A DNA stretch of 64,000 nt, taken from Octopus vulgaris (taxonomy: Eukaryota). The position numbers were made by a program, and so were the translations under genes. The notes under the pieces are model-generated. The model was not told the origin of the DNA and did not search any database. It saw only the letters and a program-made list of their open reading frames with translations. Every line of letters begins with the position of its first letter. Within the stretch, counting starts at the first letter, position 1. The DNA lies in contig OX597821.1 of NCBI GenBank assembly GCA_951406725.2, positions 63,798,001-63,862,000 on the forward strand, in the 5' to 3' direction. Positions 38,608 through 52,339 of the stretch are shown piece after piece.

Positions 38608-39004
38608 TACATGGAGAAAGGCTTTCCATATTTTCGTTTCCTAAAGGTTTTTCTTTCTTTTTTTATTTTGCTACATGAGATTTTGTTTCCATTTTTCTTT
38701 TCTTTTTTTTTTTGTTATATCGTAATTTCTTTTTAGCCCATAACTGGCTGTCGCCCTAGTGCATTCCCAGGTCTTTTTCCGAAGAAAGTTCGTCATTAAG
38801 CATAAAGTAATTATTTTCTAGAATGAATCTTAACCCTACTTTTATAAGTTCTTGTAGTGCGGGATTTGGGAATTGGGCCCTGAACGTGTATTTCACTATT
38901 TCTGCAAATGCTGTTCGATCTTATGCTTATAAATACATACATACATCTGTGTTTGTGTTTGTGTGCGTGTGTGTGTACGTATATGATGGATATCTACGTA
39001 TATA

Positions 39005-39183
<179 letters not shown>

Positions 39184-39456
39184 AATATATATTCGACGTA
39201 ACCTTTCCAGTTTTCTATTTCTATATTTTGGTCTCTTAATGTTTTTCTTTTTTTTATTGTGCTTCATGGATTTTTTTGTGGGTGGTATGTATAGCGTGAT
39301 TTCTTTGTAGTCTATAACTGGTTGTCGTCCCCACCGCATATTTTCCCAAAAAAGTTCGTCGTTAAACATAAATTAATTATTTTCTAAAATGAAATATAAT
39401 CCCACTTTTATAAAGTCTTATGTGCAATTTGGGAAATTCACCTGTACAACTAGTAT

Positions 39457-39684
39457 TTAACCTTCTAGCATTTAAACCACCCGTATCAGACCCAAATACT
39501 GACCCTAATTTATGTTCCAGCTGGCTGAATCTGACCTCTCCCACCTAACCTACAATAATATCCTAATGATAAGCAATCACTATATTGAAATCTCGAAGCT
39601 ACAAGATAATGCATGATTAATTCAAAACAATCTGAATAAATAGGCATTACTTTTGACAGAGTAACGTAAATAATAATGTGTTAA
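39457..39684. mobile_element. Possible piggyBac-type MITE (TTAA-bounded, decayed TIRs)
   Basis: ttaaccttctagcattta ... taaataataatgtgttaa. Confidence 0.35.
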
Positions 39685-40222
39685 TGGCTCCAGTTCCTAA
39701 ACTAATTGGGATGTTTGAATGATTCACTACCTTGAAAGATACTATCAAAGACTTTTCGTTGACAATTTATGATATATATATATTAGAGTGTTTACCAAGC
39801 GTTTGTCCCGATCTGCAGATGTTATCCATTTTGTTTTACTGACACTCTCGTTACTATAGCTGAATAACTAGATTACTGCTGTTGCATAGCTACAGACTGA
39901 AATAAAAGTACGATATCATATAGAGCAATCTATTAGTCAAGTGCTTATCTAATGACTCATACAGTAAATATTAATTTTCTTAATCATACAACCCACATAC
40001 AAGTAAATACGTTTTGCCTCATTTTGAACGTGTCAGATATTCAAAAAAGTTCAAAACTATACTGTTAAGTATTTTTCATATTTCGATTGTCTTCTTTTGG
40101 GTTTCTGATTATTACAGACGGATTCCTTAAAAAAATTTCCCGGAGGGTGCAGTTTGCCCATGACTATTGTCGAGTATAAACTCTATAACATGCGCAAACA
40201 GCTGTCCGCAGAACTTTCTGAA

Positions 40223-40513
40223 TAAGATAGTTTGTTCACACTTATGAACAAACAGTTTATTCACACTTATGGACAAGATAGTTTGTTCACATTTATAGCT
40301 ATGAACACTAATGAACAAGATAGTTTGTTCACACTTATGAACAAACAGTTTATTGACACTTATATATATTTATAGTTATGAACACTTATGAACAAGATAG
40401 TTTGTTCACATTTATAGTTATGAACACTTATGAACAAGAAAGTTTGTTCACATTTGTAGTTATGAACACTTATGAACAAGATAGTTTGTTCACAATTATG
40501 AACAAACTATCTT
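40223..40513. repeat. Minisatellite of aagatagtttgttcaca / cacttatgaac modules
   Basis: About 6 module repeats ending in a 15-bp hairpin at 40478-40513. Confidence 0.9.
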
Positions 40514-41655
40514 GAATTATTTTAATAATGAGGTCCGGCTGGGCCGTGTCACATGACCCGCGTCTCATGAGCCGTGTTTCATGAGCCATGTCTCGAGACA
40601 TATTACCCATGCCTCCTCTACACTTTCCGTAGACACCATAGAGCATCTGAGAATGAATAACATTTTGCTTGAAGATTAGGCTACATATTTTTACAATTAT
40701 TTTGGAGCTGTCATCCGTTTTTAACTTCAGAATTTTCAATAACCGATTTGTCCATCAAGATTATAACATGTTTAGTTTTGTAATTGTAAATATATTTTGT
40801 TCAGTCAGTTATCAGATGTTATCCGCTCCTTTTCAAATTATATAAACAACAATCTGACAGATTTTTCGTGTTCAATCTTACGACACATAAAATTATGAAT
40901 ATGACTAAACTAGTAAGACAAGTCCTAAAAATGTCGCTTATAACGTTGACAAACTCGTATATTTTTTTATTTTTTCCTTTTCCAAATTTCAGTTAAGCAT
41001 AAGCTGACGCGTATAGGAAATATTTGAAAATACTCAAGTACTTCTATATAAATATACATCAATAATTACCATCAGACACGTTTATCTATTGATATGTGTG
41101 TGATTAAATATGTATGGGCTTATATGAAGAAAAAGCAAATGTCCCTAGATATAAAATTATTATTCAATGATAATACATGAACATATATTTAATAACGTAT
41201 ATCTCCATTAGCAACTAAGTACAAAGCACTTTTCGTTTTAACAACAATCACTCTCCCTTACAAGCGCGCAAACACGCAAATATACAGGTATACACACACA
41301 AACACATTAATGATTATACATACAATCACAGACACACATGCGTACGTATAGACTTATATTAATGCTTACATTAAGAGAAACTCATATACGCAACGGACAT
41401 TGACAAGGATGTTCATATTAATAAAACTCCAATACACAGGTTCCAGCTATGTCCACAGGCGTGTGTAGAGACATGAACAAAGACAGACATATGTAGCAAA
41501 ACAAATACATCAGATGTACAGTAATTGATCTACAATTAGAATATAATAAATAATAAATGTACATATCTTTCAGCTTTTTCGACATAATGAATAATATATA
41601 TCATTCGAAATATTAAATTAATTGTTAATATATATGATTATATATATAAGCAAAC

Positions 41656-42560
41656 ATGCTAGTTCTAAAATATTCTAAGAGATCACCGCAGTAGTTGTAC
41701 TGACGAATAATATTTGTAGCCACTTTAACATGGCTGTCCGTTCAAGCGGACTCTTCTGCGATTTTTAACCCCAAGAAGATATCTCATCTAGCTGGTTAAC
41801 GATACACGGCTGCAGCCGATAAAATTGAGAGCAGGGGGGCAAACCCCTACCATCTCGTAGTGACGGGGCCAGTAGAGCAATCCTGTTTTCGGGCTATTTC
41901 TGCCAAACCTCAGTACTAGACACCTCTTCTGCTAGAGATGATAGCAGCTCGCTTCTGCACGCTATATATGTATTTCAAGCGAACATACAGTCGCTAAAAT
42001 ATATATATTGCAGCAGAAGCGAGCTACTGTCATCTCTAGCGGAAGAGGTGTCTAGTAGTGAGGAGTGGCAGAAATATCCCGAAACCAGGACTGATCAAAT
42101 GGCCCCATCACTAGTAGATGATAGGGGTTCGCTGCCCTGCTGGCAAATTTATCGGATGCAGCTGTGCATCGTTAACCAGCTAGAGGAGATATCTCCTTGG
42201 GGTTAAAAAATCGTAATAGAGTCCGCTCGAATGGAGAGCCATGTTAAAGTGGCTATGAATAATATTTGTCAGTACAACTACTGCGTTGATCCCTTAGAGA
42301 GATTTTAGAACTAGCATTTTCTCTCATTGAAAAATATGCGATTGTGTGTTCGCTTGAAATATATATATATATATATATTGCGTGCAGATGCAAGCTGCTA
42401 TCATCTCTAGCAGAAGAGGTGTCCAGTACTGAGGAGTGGCAGAAATAGCCCGAAATCAGGACTGGTCTACTGGTTTCGTCGCTAGGAGATGGTAGGGATT
42501 TGCTCCCTTGATCGCAATTTCATCGGATGCAGATGTGCATCGCTAACTAGCCAGAAGAGA
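41656..42560. mobile_element. Hammerhead-bearing ~320-bp unit in three copies: inverted pair (41656-42317) plus a partial direct copy (~42335-42560)
   Basis: Ends atgctagttctaaaat / attttagaactagcat; HHR motifs at 41869-41919(-), 42052-42102(+), 42423-42473(+). Confidence 0.85.
42423..42473 (+). ncRNA. Type I hammerhead ribozyme motif
   Basis: CCAGUA-CUGAGGA-G(U)GGC[AGAAAUA]GCCC-GAAA-UCAG[GA]CUGG-UC|UACUGG: 6-bp stem I, GUC site. Confidence 0.75.
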
Positions 42561-43548
42561 TGCTGAACTGACGGTTCCTTGACAATGAGGATCATATTAT
42601 TGGATCAAGTGATCTACCATCGCCTAAGTAGTTGAGAATTTTGAAGGCTCCTGTACTTTCAACGTGATTCTTGAATCGGAACAGATACAGACACCTAACC
42701 AACAGCATTTTAGGATGTTTATTTATTCATCAGGATCTATTGATACAGCTCATTGCTTATACGCTATTAGTTTCGATAACACATCTACATATACAGGCAC
42801 CTGTACAGCACACACACACGCATAGACATATATATACACGCATATATATCTATTGTTTTGGGAAATAAGTTCGTACCCGTTGTTTTTTTTTCTTTTTTCT
42901 ACTTGGCACTTCATTTTTATATATGTGAAAAGAAATACAATTTATTCAAATTAACTGCCCCCCCCCCAAAAAAAAAACTATACACGAAATGGGTTAATAG
43001 CTCCAGTTTCTGAGTCGTGTGGGATGTTTCGATAATGATTCACTACCTTGAAAGATACTATCAAACTTTTTCGATGATGGTTGTGGTCAGGTAATGATAT
43101 ATATCTATATATAATCAAATGTTAACCAGGTTTATCTCTATCTGGAGATGTTATCCATTTTGCTTTATTGACGCTCTCGTTACTATAGCTGGAAAACTAG
43201 AATCTTGAAGTTGCGCACTAGTGATTGAAATAAAAGTACAATAACTTATAGTTCAAACTATAGGTCAAGTACTTATCTAATGAGTCAAACATTAATCTTC
43301 TTAATCAAACAATCCACATAGAAGTAAATACGATTTACATTCTTTAAAAGTGTTAGAAATACGAAAAGTCTGAAAAGTGTGTACTGAAGTGTTTTCTATA
43401 TTTGGACTGCCTTTTGAGTTTCTGATTGTTACAGGCGGTTTCTCTCAAAAAGCTCTCCTCAGGCTGCAATTCGGACATGTCTATTGTAGAGTATAAACTT
43501 CACAATAGTTATGCACAAACTGCTGTCCACAGAACTTTCTGAATGTCG

Positions 43549-43739
43549 TAGGAGTGGCTGTGTGGTAAATAGCTTGCTTACCAACCACATTGCTCCGGGT
43601 TCAGTCCCACTGCGTGGCACCTTGGGCAAGTGTCTTCTACGAAATCCTTGGGCTGACCAAAACCTTGTCAGTTGATCTGGTAGACGGAAATTGAATGAAG
43701 CCCGTCGTATATATGTATATATGTATATATATATATATA

Positions 43740-43770
<31 letters not shown>

Positions 43771-43990
43771 ATTTGTTTGTATCTCTGTTTGTCACCAACA
43801 TCGCTTGACAAACGATGCTGGTGTGTTTATGTCCCCGTAACTTAGCGGCTCGGCGAAAGAGACTGATAGAATAAGTACTAGGCTTACAAAGAATAAGTCC
43901 TGGAGTCGATTTACTCGACTAAAGGCGGTGCTCCAGCATGGCCAGTCAAATAACTGAAACAAGTAAAAGAGTAAAAGAGAGTAAAGAGAG
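43549..43990 (+). mobile_element. SINE family A, absent from the paralogous segment
   Basis: Full-length copy; the paralog at ~40222 lacks it. Confidence 0.9.
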
Positions 43991-45059
43991 TCACAATTAA
44001 CGAGAAACTACCTCGAATTATTTTGATAATGCGACTGGCTTCAGCTATGTTTCATGAGCCATCTCTCACGCAGCCGCTCTTCGGAAAATAATTACCCATG
44101 CCTCCTCTACAAACATTGTCAACGCCATAAAGCATCTGAGAATGAATAACATTTTGCTTAAAGCTGCGGTTACATATTTTTACAATTATTTTGGAGCTGT
44201 CATCTTCAGAATTTCAATAACTAATTTCTTCATCAAGATTATTGCATGTTTAGTTTTGTAATTATTAATATATTTTGTTCAGTCAGTTATCAGATGTTAT
44301 CCGCTCATTTGCAAACTATTTAAACAACAATCTGACAGATTTTTCGTGTCCAGTCTTACGATACATAAAATTCTGAATATGACTAAACTAGTAAGACATG
44401 TCTTAAAAGTATCGCTTATAATTTTGACATACTCATATTTTTTCTTGTTTCTTTTTTCAAAATTTAACTTAAATATCAGCAGACGCGCACATAGAAATAT
44501 CTAAAAGTACTCAAGCGTCTGCATATAAACATACATTAAGAGTTACGATCAGACACATTTATATATTGATATATATGTGATTAAATATGTATGGTCTTAT
44601 ATGATGAAAAAGGCAAATGTGCCTAGATATAAAATTATTATTCAATATTAATACACAAACATATATTTTTAACAACGTATATCTCCATTAGTAACTAAGT
44701 ATCAAGCACTTTTCGTTTTAACAACAATCACTTTCCCTTACCATCACGCACACACACAGACACAATAATGATTATACTTACAATAACAGACGCGCATGCG
44801 TACGTATAGACTTATATTAATGCTTACACTAAGAGAAACTCATATCTGCAACGGAGATTGACAAGGATGTTCATATTTATAAAACTCCAATACACAGACT
44901 TACAGCAATATCCCCATGCGTATGTAGAAACATGAACAACGACAGGCTCACTCAACAATACGTATACATTCACACGTACAGTAATTGATCTGCAATTAAA
45001 GAATAGTAAATAATAAATATACATAGCTTCCAGCTTTTTCGACATAATAAATAATATAT

Positions 45060-45315
45060 ATCGTGAAGTATATATATGCCACCTAAATGTGGCTGACCCA
45101 TACGGGACAATGCTACTGTAGTTTACAGCCCCAGGAGAACATCTCCTCCACGTCAGGGTAGAGATGGGAACGATGACTTCCCTTCGCAAATATTGATCGG
45201 GCACAGACAGTGTGTCGTTAGCCAGCGGGATCAGATGTCCTCCTGGGTCTGTAAACTACGGTAGCATCTTCTCATATGGGTCAGCCACATTTATGCGGTA
45301 TATATACTTCACGAT
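45060..45315. repeat. Imperfect inverted repeat (~85-bp arms), related to the 41656 family
   Basis: atcgtgaagtatatata..atgtggctgacccata.. / ..tatgggtcagccacat..tatatatacttcacgat. Confidence 0.85.
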
Positions 45316-45378
45316 GTCGTGCTACTACTGTTTACAACTCGCTTGAAATAATATATATATAATATATAATACACATAC

Positions 45379-45411
<33 letters not shown>

Positions 45412-45444
45412 CTTTATTTTAAGCAGCAGAAAAATCAACAAAAT

Positions 45445-45482
45445 CTGTTACTCTGAGTTTCTCGTTGCCGTTCATCAGACAG
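45445..45482 (-). ncRNA. Minimal type I hammerhead motif (left arm)
   Basis: Mirror of 46808-46845. Confidence 0.65.
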
Positions 45483-46807
45483 TTTTTGCTAGAATGGAAC
45501 ATATATATTAATTCAATCTATACTCTTACAAACGCTACACCTTTAAAAAGAAATGGACTTGTTTGATTGGCCCTTTAGAAAAAACGGTCAATCTTCGAGC
45601 GATAAACAAAAAGGTCAAAAATATATGTATATATATATAAAAACTTATAAAAATTATAAAATCCGAGGAAAATACCGAGGAAAAAACCTGTTGCCGTTAA
45701 TGAAGACAGTACAAATTAATGCATAGAAATTAAACCTGTTATAAATACTGCAATACATATTTATATTAAAATCCACATATATATATCAACATACACAAAA
45801 GGATGCGCGTAAACGCCATACATACATATACAGACGTATGAATATGAATCTAAATTATACACATAAAAGCATGTGTACATATATTCACGCAAACCGTCTC
45901 GCACGCAAGCTAAAATTCATCTATGTAGCAATTCTCATATACTGAGCAAGGAGGGGGAACGAAAGAAAGGGAAAGAGAGAAAAAGGAACGGAGGAGGGGT
46001 GGGGAAAAAAATTGTAGCGATGTTATTTGGCATCTATAGAGGCCTGTATACATACACAAGTTTGAATTGATACATATACATACCGTCGTGTATATGTGTG
46101 CTTAAGCACAAGCATACTTTCACTCACACATACACAGATACGCATGCTTACAAATACATATGCTTTGCTATACACAAACTTATATAAACATTCTAAATTT
46201 GACAACATTGCTTTTTTTATAAAAAAACATTGCTTTTAAAAAATGGGTGCATTAATAAAAATATATACGAAAGACCTTTTTTTTTCCCCACCCCTCCTCC
46301 GTTCCTTTTTCTCTCTTTCCCTTTCTTTCGTTCCCCCTCCTTGCTCAGTATATGAGAATTGCTACATAGATGAATTTTAGCTTGCGTGCGAGACGGTTTG
46401 CGTGAATATATGTACACATGCTTTTATGTGTATAATTTAGATTCATATTCATACGTCTGTATATGTATGTATGGCGTTTACGCGCATCCTTTTGTGTATG
46501 TTGATATATATATGTGGATTTTAATATAAATATGTATTGCAGTATTTATAACAGGTTTAATTTCTATGCATTAATTTGTACTGTCTTCATTAACGGCAAC
46601 AGGTTTTTTCCTCGGTATTTTCCTCGGATTTTATAATTTTTATAAGTTTTTATATATATATACATATATTTTTGACCTTTTTGTTTATCGCTCGAAGATT
46701 GACCGTTTTTTCTAAAGGGCCAATCAAACAAGTCCATTTCTTTTTAAAGGTGTAGCGTTTGTAAGAGTATAGATTGAATTAATATATATGTTCCATTCTA
46801 GCAAAAA

Positions 46808-46845
46808 CTGTCTGATGAACGGCAACGAGAAACTCAGAGTAACAG
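46808..46845 (+). ncRNA. Minimal type I hammerhead motif (right arm)
   Basis: CUGU-CUGAUGA-ACG[GCAA]CGA-GAAA-CUC[A]GAG-UA|ACAG; quasi-palindromic stem III; A-A mismatch at the base of stem II. Confidence 0.65.
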
Positions 46846-46948
46846 ATTTTGTTGATTTTTCTGCTGCTTAAAATAAAGCATATTACTCTACCACTGGTAT
46901 TTGAGTACTCTTTTTTCCACCTTGTTTCACATTTATGTGTTTACTCCG

Positions 46949-46989
<41 letters not shown>

Positions 46990-47069
46990 CTTAGAAATAA
47001 ATAAACAATATACATATATATATTTCAAATAGTAAATAAATAATTATATATATATATACATATATACAT

Positions 47070-47111
<42 letters not shown>

Positions 47112-47249
47112 CTATATATACATATATGCGTATATATATGTATATATGTATATATATATGTATATACATGAGTATATATATATATATATACATATATACA
47201 TATACATATATATACATATATATACATATATATGTATATATATATATAT

Positions 47250-47328
<79 letters not shown>

Positions 47329-47894
47329 CCAACGCATTGATTTAGCGGCTAAGTGTTTGGGAATTTTGCAGACTCCTATACTCTCAATGTGATTCTTTTT
47401 GGTTTCTACGTGATTATTACATGTTGCTAATTTCATAACAGCTACTCCTCAAGAAGGAGCATGGCCTACTGGTCAGGATATTACTCGCAACATCGTGGTT
47501 TCAATTTCTAGACAGGACGGAGCGTTTTGTTCTGGATTAAATCACTTTTTTCAGGTCGTTATTCGACCACTTCCACGTCTGACGTGTGTCACATCATGCA
47601 CTATAGATGCAGGATCGATTTGATAGATGGGAGCCAGCCAATGCGAAAGAGAAATATTGGATCGCTATAAACAAATCATCTGTGCACGCTGCTCAGCAGG
47701 AAATTGCAGGGCACTCATCCATCGTTTACGATATGGGTGTCCGCTAATTCCCTTCAAATTTTTACTAGAAATTCCAGTGCTTAGATGGATAAATTTAAGC
47801 CCAGCTTTTATGCATCGATTTACAAAATTTTATGCCTAGCAATTGTTTAATCGCCAATGCCCTGAAAAATATTAGTATCAGCTACCAAGACATA

Positions 47895-48137
47895 TACTCT
47901 TTTACCCTTTTACTTGTTTCAGTTATTTGACTGAGGCCATGCTGGAGCACCGCCTTTTAGTCGAGCAAATTGACCCCAGGACTTATTCTTTGTAAGCCTA
48001 TTACTTATTCTACCGGTCTCTTTCACCGAACCGCTAAGTTACGGGGACGTAAACACACCAGCATCGGTTGTCAAGTGATGGTGGGGAGACAAACACTGAC
48101 ACACAAACATACACACACACACGCACATGCATATACA

Positions 48138-48187
<50 letters not shown>

Positions 48188-48348
48188 TACGACGGGTTTC
48201 TCTCAGCTTCCGTCTACCAAATCCACTCACAAGGCTTTGGTTGGCCCGAGACTATAGTAGAAGACATTTGCCCAAGGTGCCACGCAGTGGGACTGAACCC
48301 GGAATCATGTGGTTGGTAAACAAGTTACTTACCACACAGCCACTCCTG
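47895..48348 (-). mobile_element. SINE family A
   Basis: Full-length reverse-complement copy. Confidence 0.9.
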
Positions 48349-49452
48349 CACCTATATATAAATTTTTAATTGAACTTGATAAAACTTAATATGATTTTAT
48401 CTTTTCGAATCTTTGACTACCAATCTTCACATTCTAACATCAATGTACATCAATGTATATCAATGTACATCATCTTAAATAGAAGACACATTGCCACATG
48501 TTAGTCTTCATTGCTGCGTGTATTTCTCTGAAGAATATTCAAACAGACAGGCTGGAGATAATGAAGAATTGAAATGGTACGTTGTTTGGATGATAGCTAT
48601 GAACATATACAGACATCGATCTATCGTTCGATAGACAGAGAGATAGATAGAGACAGGCAGACAGACAGACAGATAGATTGATAGAGAGAAGTAATTTTGA
48701 CTTACAGGTTTATTATTTCCTTAACTATAGAAAATTTTATGAAAAAAAACAAACATTTATCACCATTGTGAAAGCAGAGAGTAGAATTGTATAGAATTAC
48801 TGAAATGCAACAACGACATCTAGGAACATTTCCACTCTCTGCATCTATCAAGAATACGAAGAAAATATCGCCATCAGAAACGCAATAAATGTTAAAATAC
48901 AACAAGCATGTAAACTGAGTTAAATATGGCGTAAAGAATCTGTCCGGAAAAGTGGAGAAGTAAAAATGGAAAAAAATAATATCTGTTTTCAATTCAAAAT
49001 GATATTCTTAAGAAACGGAGAGAAAAACTTTTAATGAAACGTTAGAAATCACCATTTTTGGGTATATCTTCGAATACTGAATAGAATAATCGGTAGTGAG
49101 GTGTACAAAACTTTGATGGAATATTTGTTTTTATGAATTTTTTTGTTCAACGTCGCTTAACACTCCGATTTCCAGTCCCCCCAGTGTCGACGCTGCTATA
49201 TAGCGTACCGAATGACGATGAAATAAAAACGAGCCAGTCTAATGGTTTGCGATGTGCCAGAGGGGAAGACATCTCCAGGGCAGCGTTCTGTATACTAAAC
49301 ATATTTCGGGTAGGTTTACTCGTGTAATATTGTGAGTTGAAAACTCCCATCAAATTAGATAATTACCTGCCTATCAATTACTTGGATTATGACCCAAGCA
49401 ATTGGGTCATAACTAACAATCCTTGCGTTGCCAAAGAGAGAGTAAAAAAGAT

Positions 49453-50080
49453 ATCTGAAATAAAATGAGGTGATGGAAATTTATCTACATAGCATTCCGT
49501 AGCATTTATCTAAGTTCTAAAATGAAACTCTTCCCGGATTGATCTCACCAGTTATACCCTTGATAAAGAACTGTGTAATGTCCCATCGCTCATTGTGTGG
49601 TAAGAAATTTGCCTCCAAACTACATGGTTCCGCAGTCTGGTGACTTAAACAAGTGAAAGATAAAAGATTCTTCATTGGCTCGGTATGAAATGTTTTGCAA
49701 ACTTGCATCTGCAAGTGCTACCAGTCGAAAGATCCGCATACTGGAAGCCAGCAAGTGTATGACGTCATCTGAAATAAAATGAGGTGATGGAAATTTATCT
49801 ACATAGCATTCCGTAGCATTTATCTAAGTTCTAAAATGAAACTCTTCCCGGATTGATCTCACCAGTTATACCCTTGATAAAGAACTGTGTAATGTCCCAT
49901 CGCTCATTGTGTGGTAAGAAATTTGCCTCCAAACTACATGGTTCCGCAGTCTGGTGACTTAAACAAGTGAAAGATAAAAGATTCTTCATTGGCTCGGTAT
50001 GAAATGTTTTGCAAACTTGCATCTGCAAGTGCTACCAGTCGAAAGATCCGCATACTGGAAGCCAGCAAGTGTATGACGTC
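49453..50080 (+). repeat. Exact 314-bp tandem duplication (49453-49766 / 49767-50080)
   Basis: Identical ORFs offset by 314; AT microhomology at the junction. Confidence 0.95.
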
Positions 50081-50299
50081 ATAAGGAGAGAATGCGCGCC
50101 CTTCCAGGGCGTACCTCGCGACGGCATCATTGTGCACCGGCCTCCCTCAGAGATATAAGGCACCGCTTGCTTGATCAACTTGTTATCAAATAAAGCACAA
50201 TATCTAAATAAATAAACTTTAAAATTCTGATAATGTCATATCTGTTAATTCAATTGCTTCCCAAACTGAAGCTTATTAACACCCATATATATTCCTTAC

Positions 50300-50558
50300 A
50301 GCACGAGGCTCCGGCAGGGTGTGGGGTGGCGAACCCTGCTGTATTCTTTCACCATTACTTTCTCTCACTCTTTCTTCCTGTTTCTGTTGTACCTGTATTT
50401 CAAAGGGCCAGTCTTGTCACGCTGAATCTCCCCGAGAACTATGTTAAAGGTACACGTGTCTGTGGAGTGCTCAGCCACTTGCACGTTAATTTCACGAGCA
50501 GGATGTTCTGTTGATCGTATCAACTAGAACCCACGTGGTGGTAACCGATGGAGTGCTA
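50300..50558 (+). mobile_element. Probable SINE of a further family (body and tail)
   Basis: GC-richer block ending cagccacttgcacgttaatttcacgagcagg...gtaaccgatggagtgc; recalled as an octopus repeat, single copy in this window. Confidence 0.4.
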
Positions 50559-50587
50559 TAGTATGTGTGTGTATATATATATATATA

Positions 50588-50990
<403 letters not shown>

Positions 50991-51439
50991 TTTTGCCTAT
51001 ATAATACATATCTGTAAACTAATATATACTAGAAATATGTCTCTAATAGAGAGTGACATCTTATTGTTAGATGTTATTTAAACGCTTTTTAAAAAGTGAT
51101 TTATGGACAAGTTTGATGAGTAAAGTTGTAACGAGTTGAAAATATGTAATGACAAAAATAGGAATTGGACAAAACGTAGATTCCATTCTAACGACGCTTG
51201 TAAGTATTGGATTCAATACATTGCTATATCTGGTCGTGTCTTTGTCCCTGAAAGCATTATGGTGTTTCTATGGCCATGATAATTACTACTTTCTCTAGCG
51301 AAGCTTGCCATCATTCAATGCTTGAGCATGCATAATCTCTGTCTAGCTATCTATTTATCTATCTCTCGCTATATGCCTACTGTATATATGTGTTTTATAT
51401 ATATATATATTCTATATATATATATATACACACACACAC

Positions 51440-51471
<32 letters not shown>

Positions 51472-51681
51472 ATATATATATAGAAAATATATATATATAA
51501 AACACATATATACAGTAGGCATATATATATATATATACACACACACACATACATATGTGTTGTGTGTGTGAGAGAGAGAGAGAGAGAGCGAGAGTATTGG
51601 TGCGCCTGCGCCTATGAGGATTTGTTGCTACATAACAAAGAGATTAATAAGCAGCATGATAGATATATATACATACACACG

Positions 51682-51737
<56 letters not shown>

Positions 51738-52339
51738 CATATATATATATACATATATATACATATATATATATATGCGTGCACACACACACACACACAT
51801 GCACACACACACACGAACATTTATAACTTCCAAAAATTAAATTAGGAACGAAAATAGGAGGAAAAAAATTTAGCAACATCAGAAAGAATGTTATAATAGA
51901 AGAAGAAGAAGAAGAAGAAGAAGAAGAAGAAGAAGAAGAAGAAGAAGAAGAAGAAGAAGAAGAAGAAGAAGAAGAAGAAGAAGAAGAAGAAGACATGAAA
52001 AGAAAATAATGGAAAAGAGAAGATTGAAAGAGTGATGTAGTGGTGATTGGGTTGAACGAAAGAGAAAAGGAAAAGATCGATTCACAGGAGGGAAAGTTAT
52101 TGAAACAAAAAAAAAAAAAGCATTAGAGAACAAAAAATAAATATAAGAAGAGAAGATAGATTCATTGGTGTGTGTAATTAATCAATGTCTGGCTAGGATT
52201 TTCACGCGCTATATAATCCCTTTTTTGCCGATAAATTACTTTAGAATTTGTTTTCTATACGTATGTCTCTATGAGACTTTGAGAGGTGGAATGTTGTAGC
52301 TTTAATGCAGACATTGTGTCTCTCGTGTTTTTTGTGTGT

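Larger units (their letters stand above)
39680..45062 (+). repeat. Old direct segmental duplication: 39680-41603 vs 42993-45062
   Basis: Colinear blocks throughout, e.g. atgattcactaccttgaaagatactatcaaa, cagtcagttatcagatgttatccgctc, cagctttttcgacataat. Confidence 0.9.
45412..46878. repeat. Apparently perfect 600-bp inverted repeat (45412-46011 / 46279-46878), 267-bp spacer
   Basis: Direct comparison; mirrored ORFs 45873+ and 46417- have identical translations across the arm. Confidence 0.95.

Noticed and set aside
40223-40513. CRISPR-like array
   Set aside because: Eukaryotic context, spacers are themselves repeated, no cas genes
49387-49412. 11-bp hairpin
   Set aside because: Too short and without supporting context
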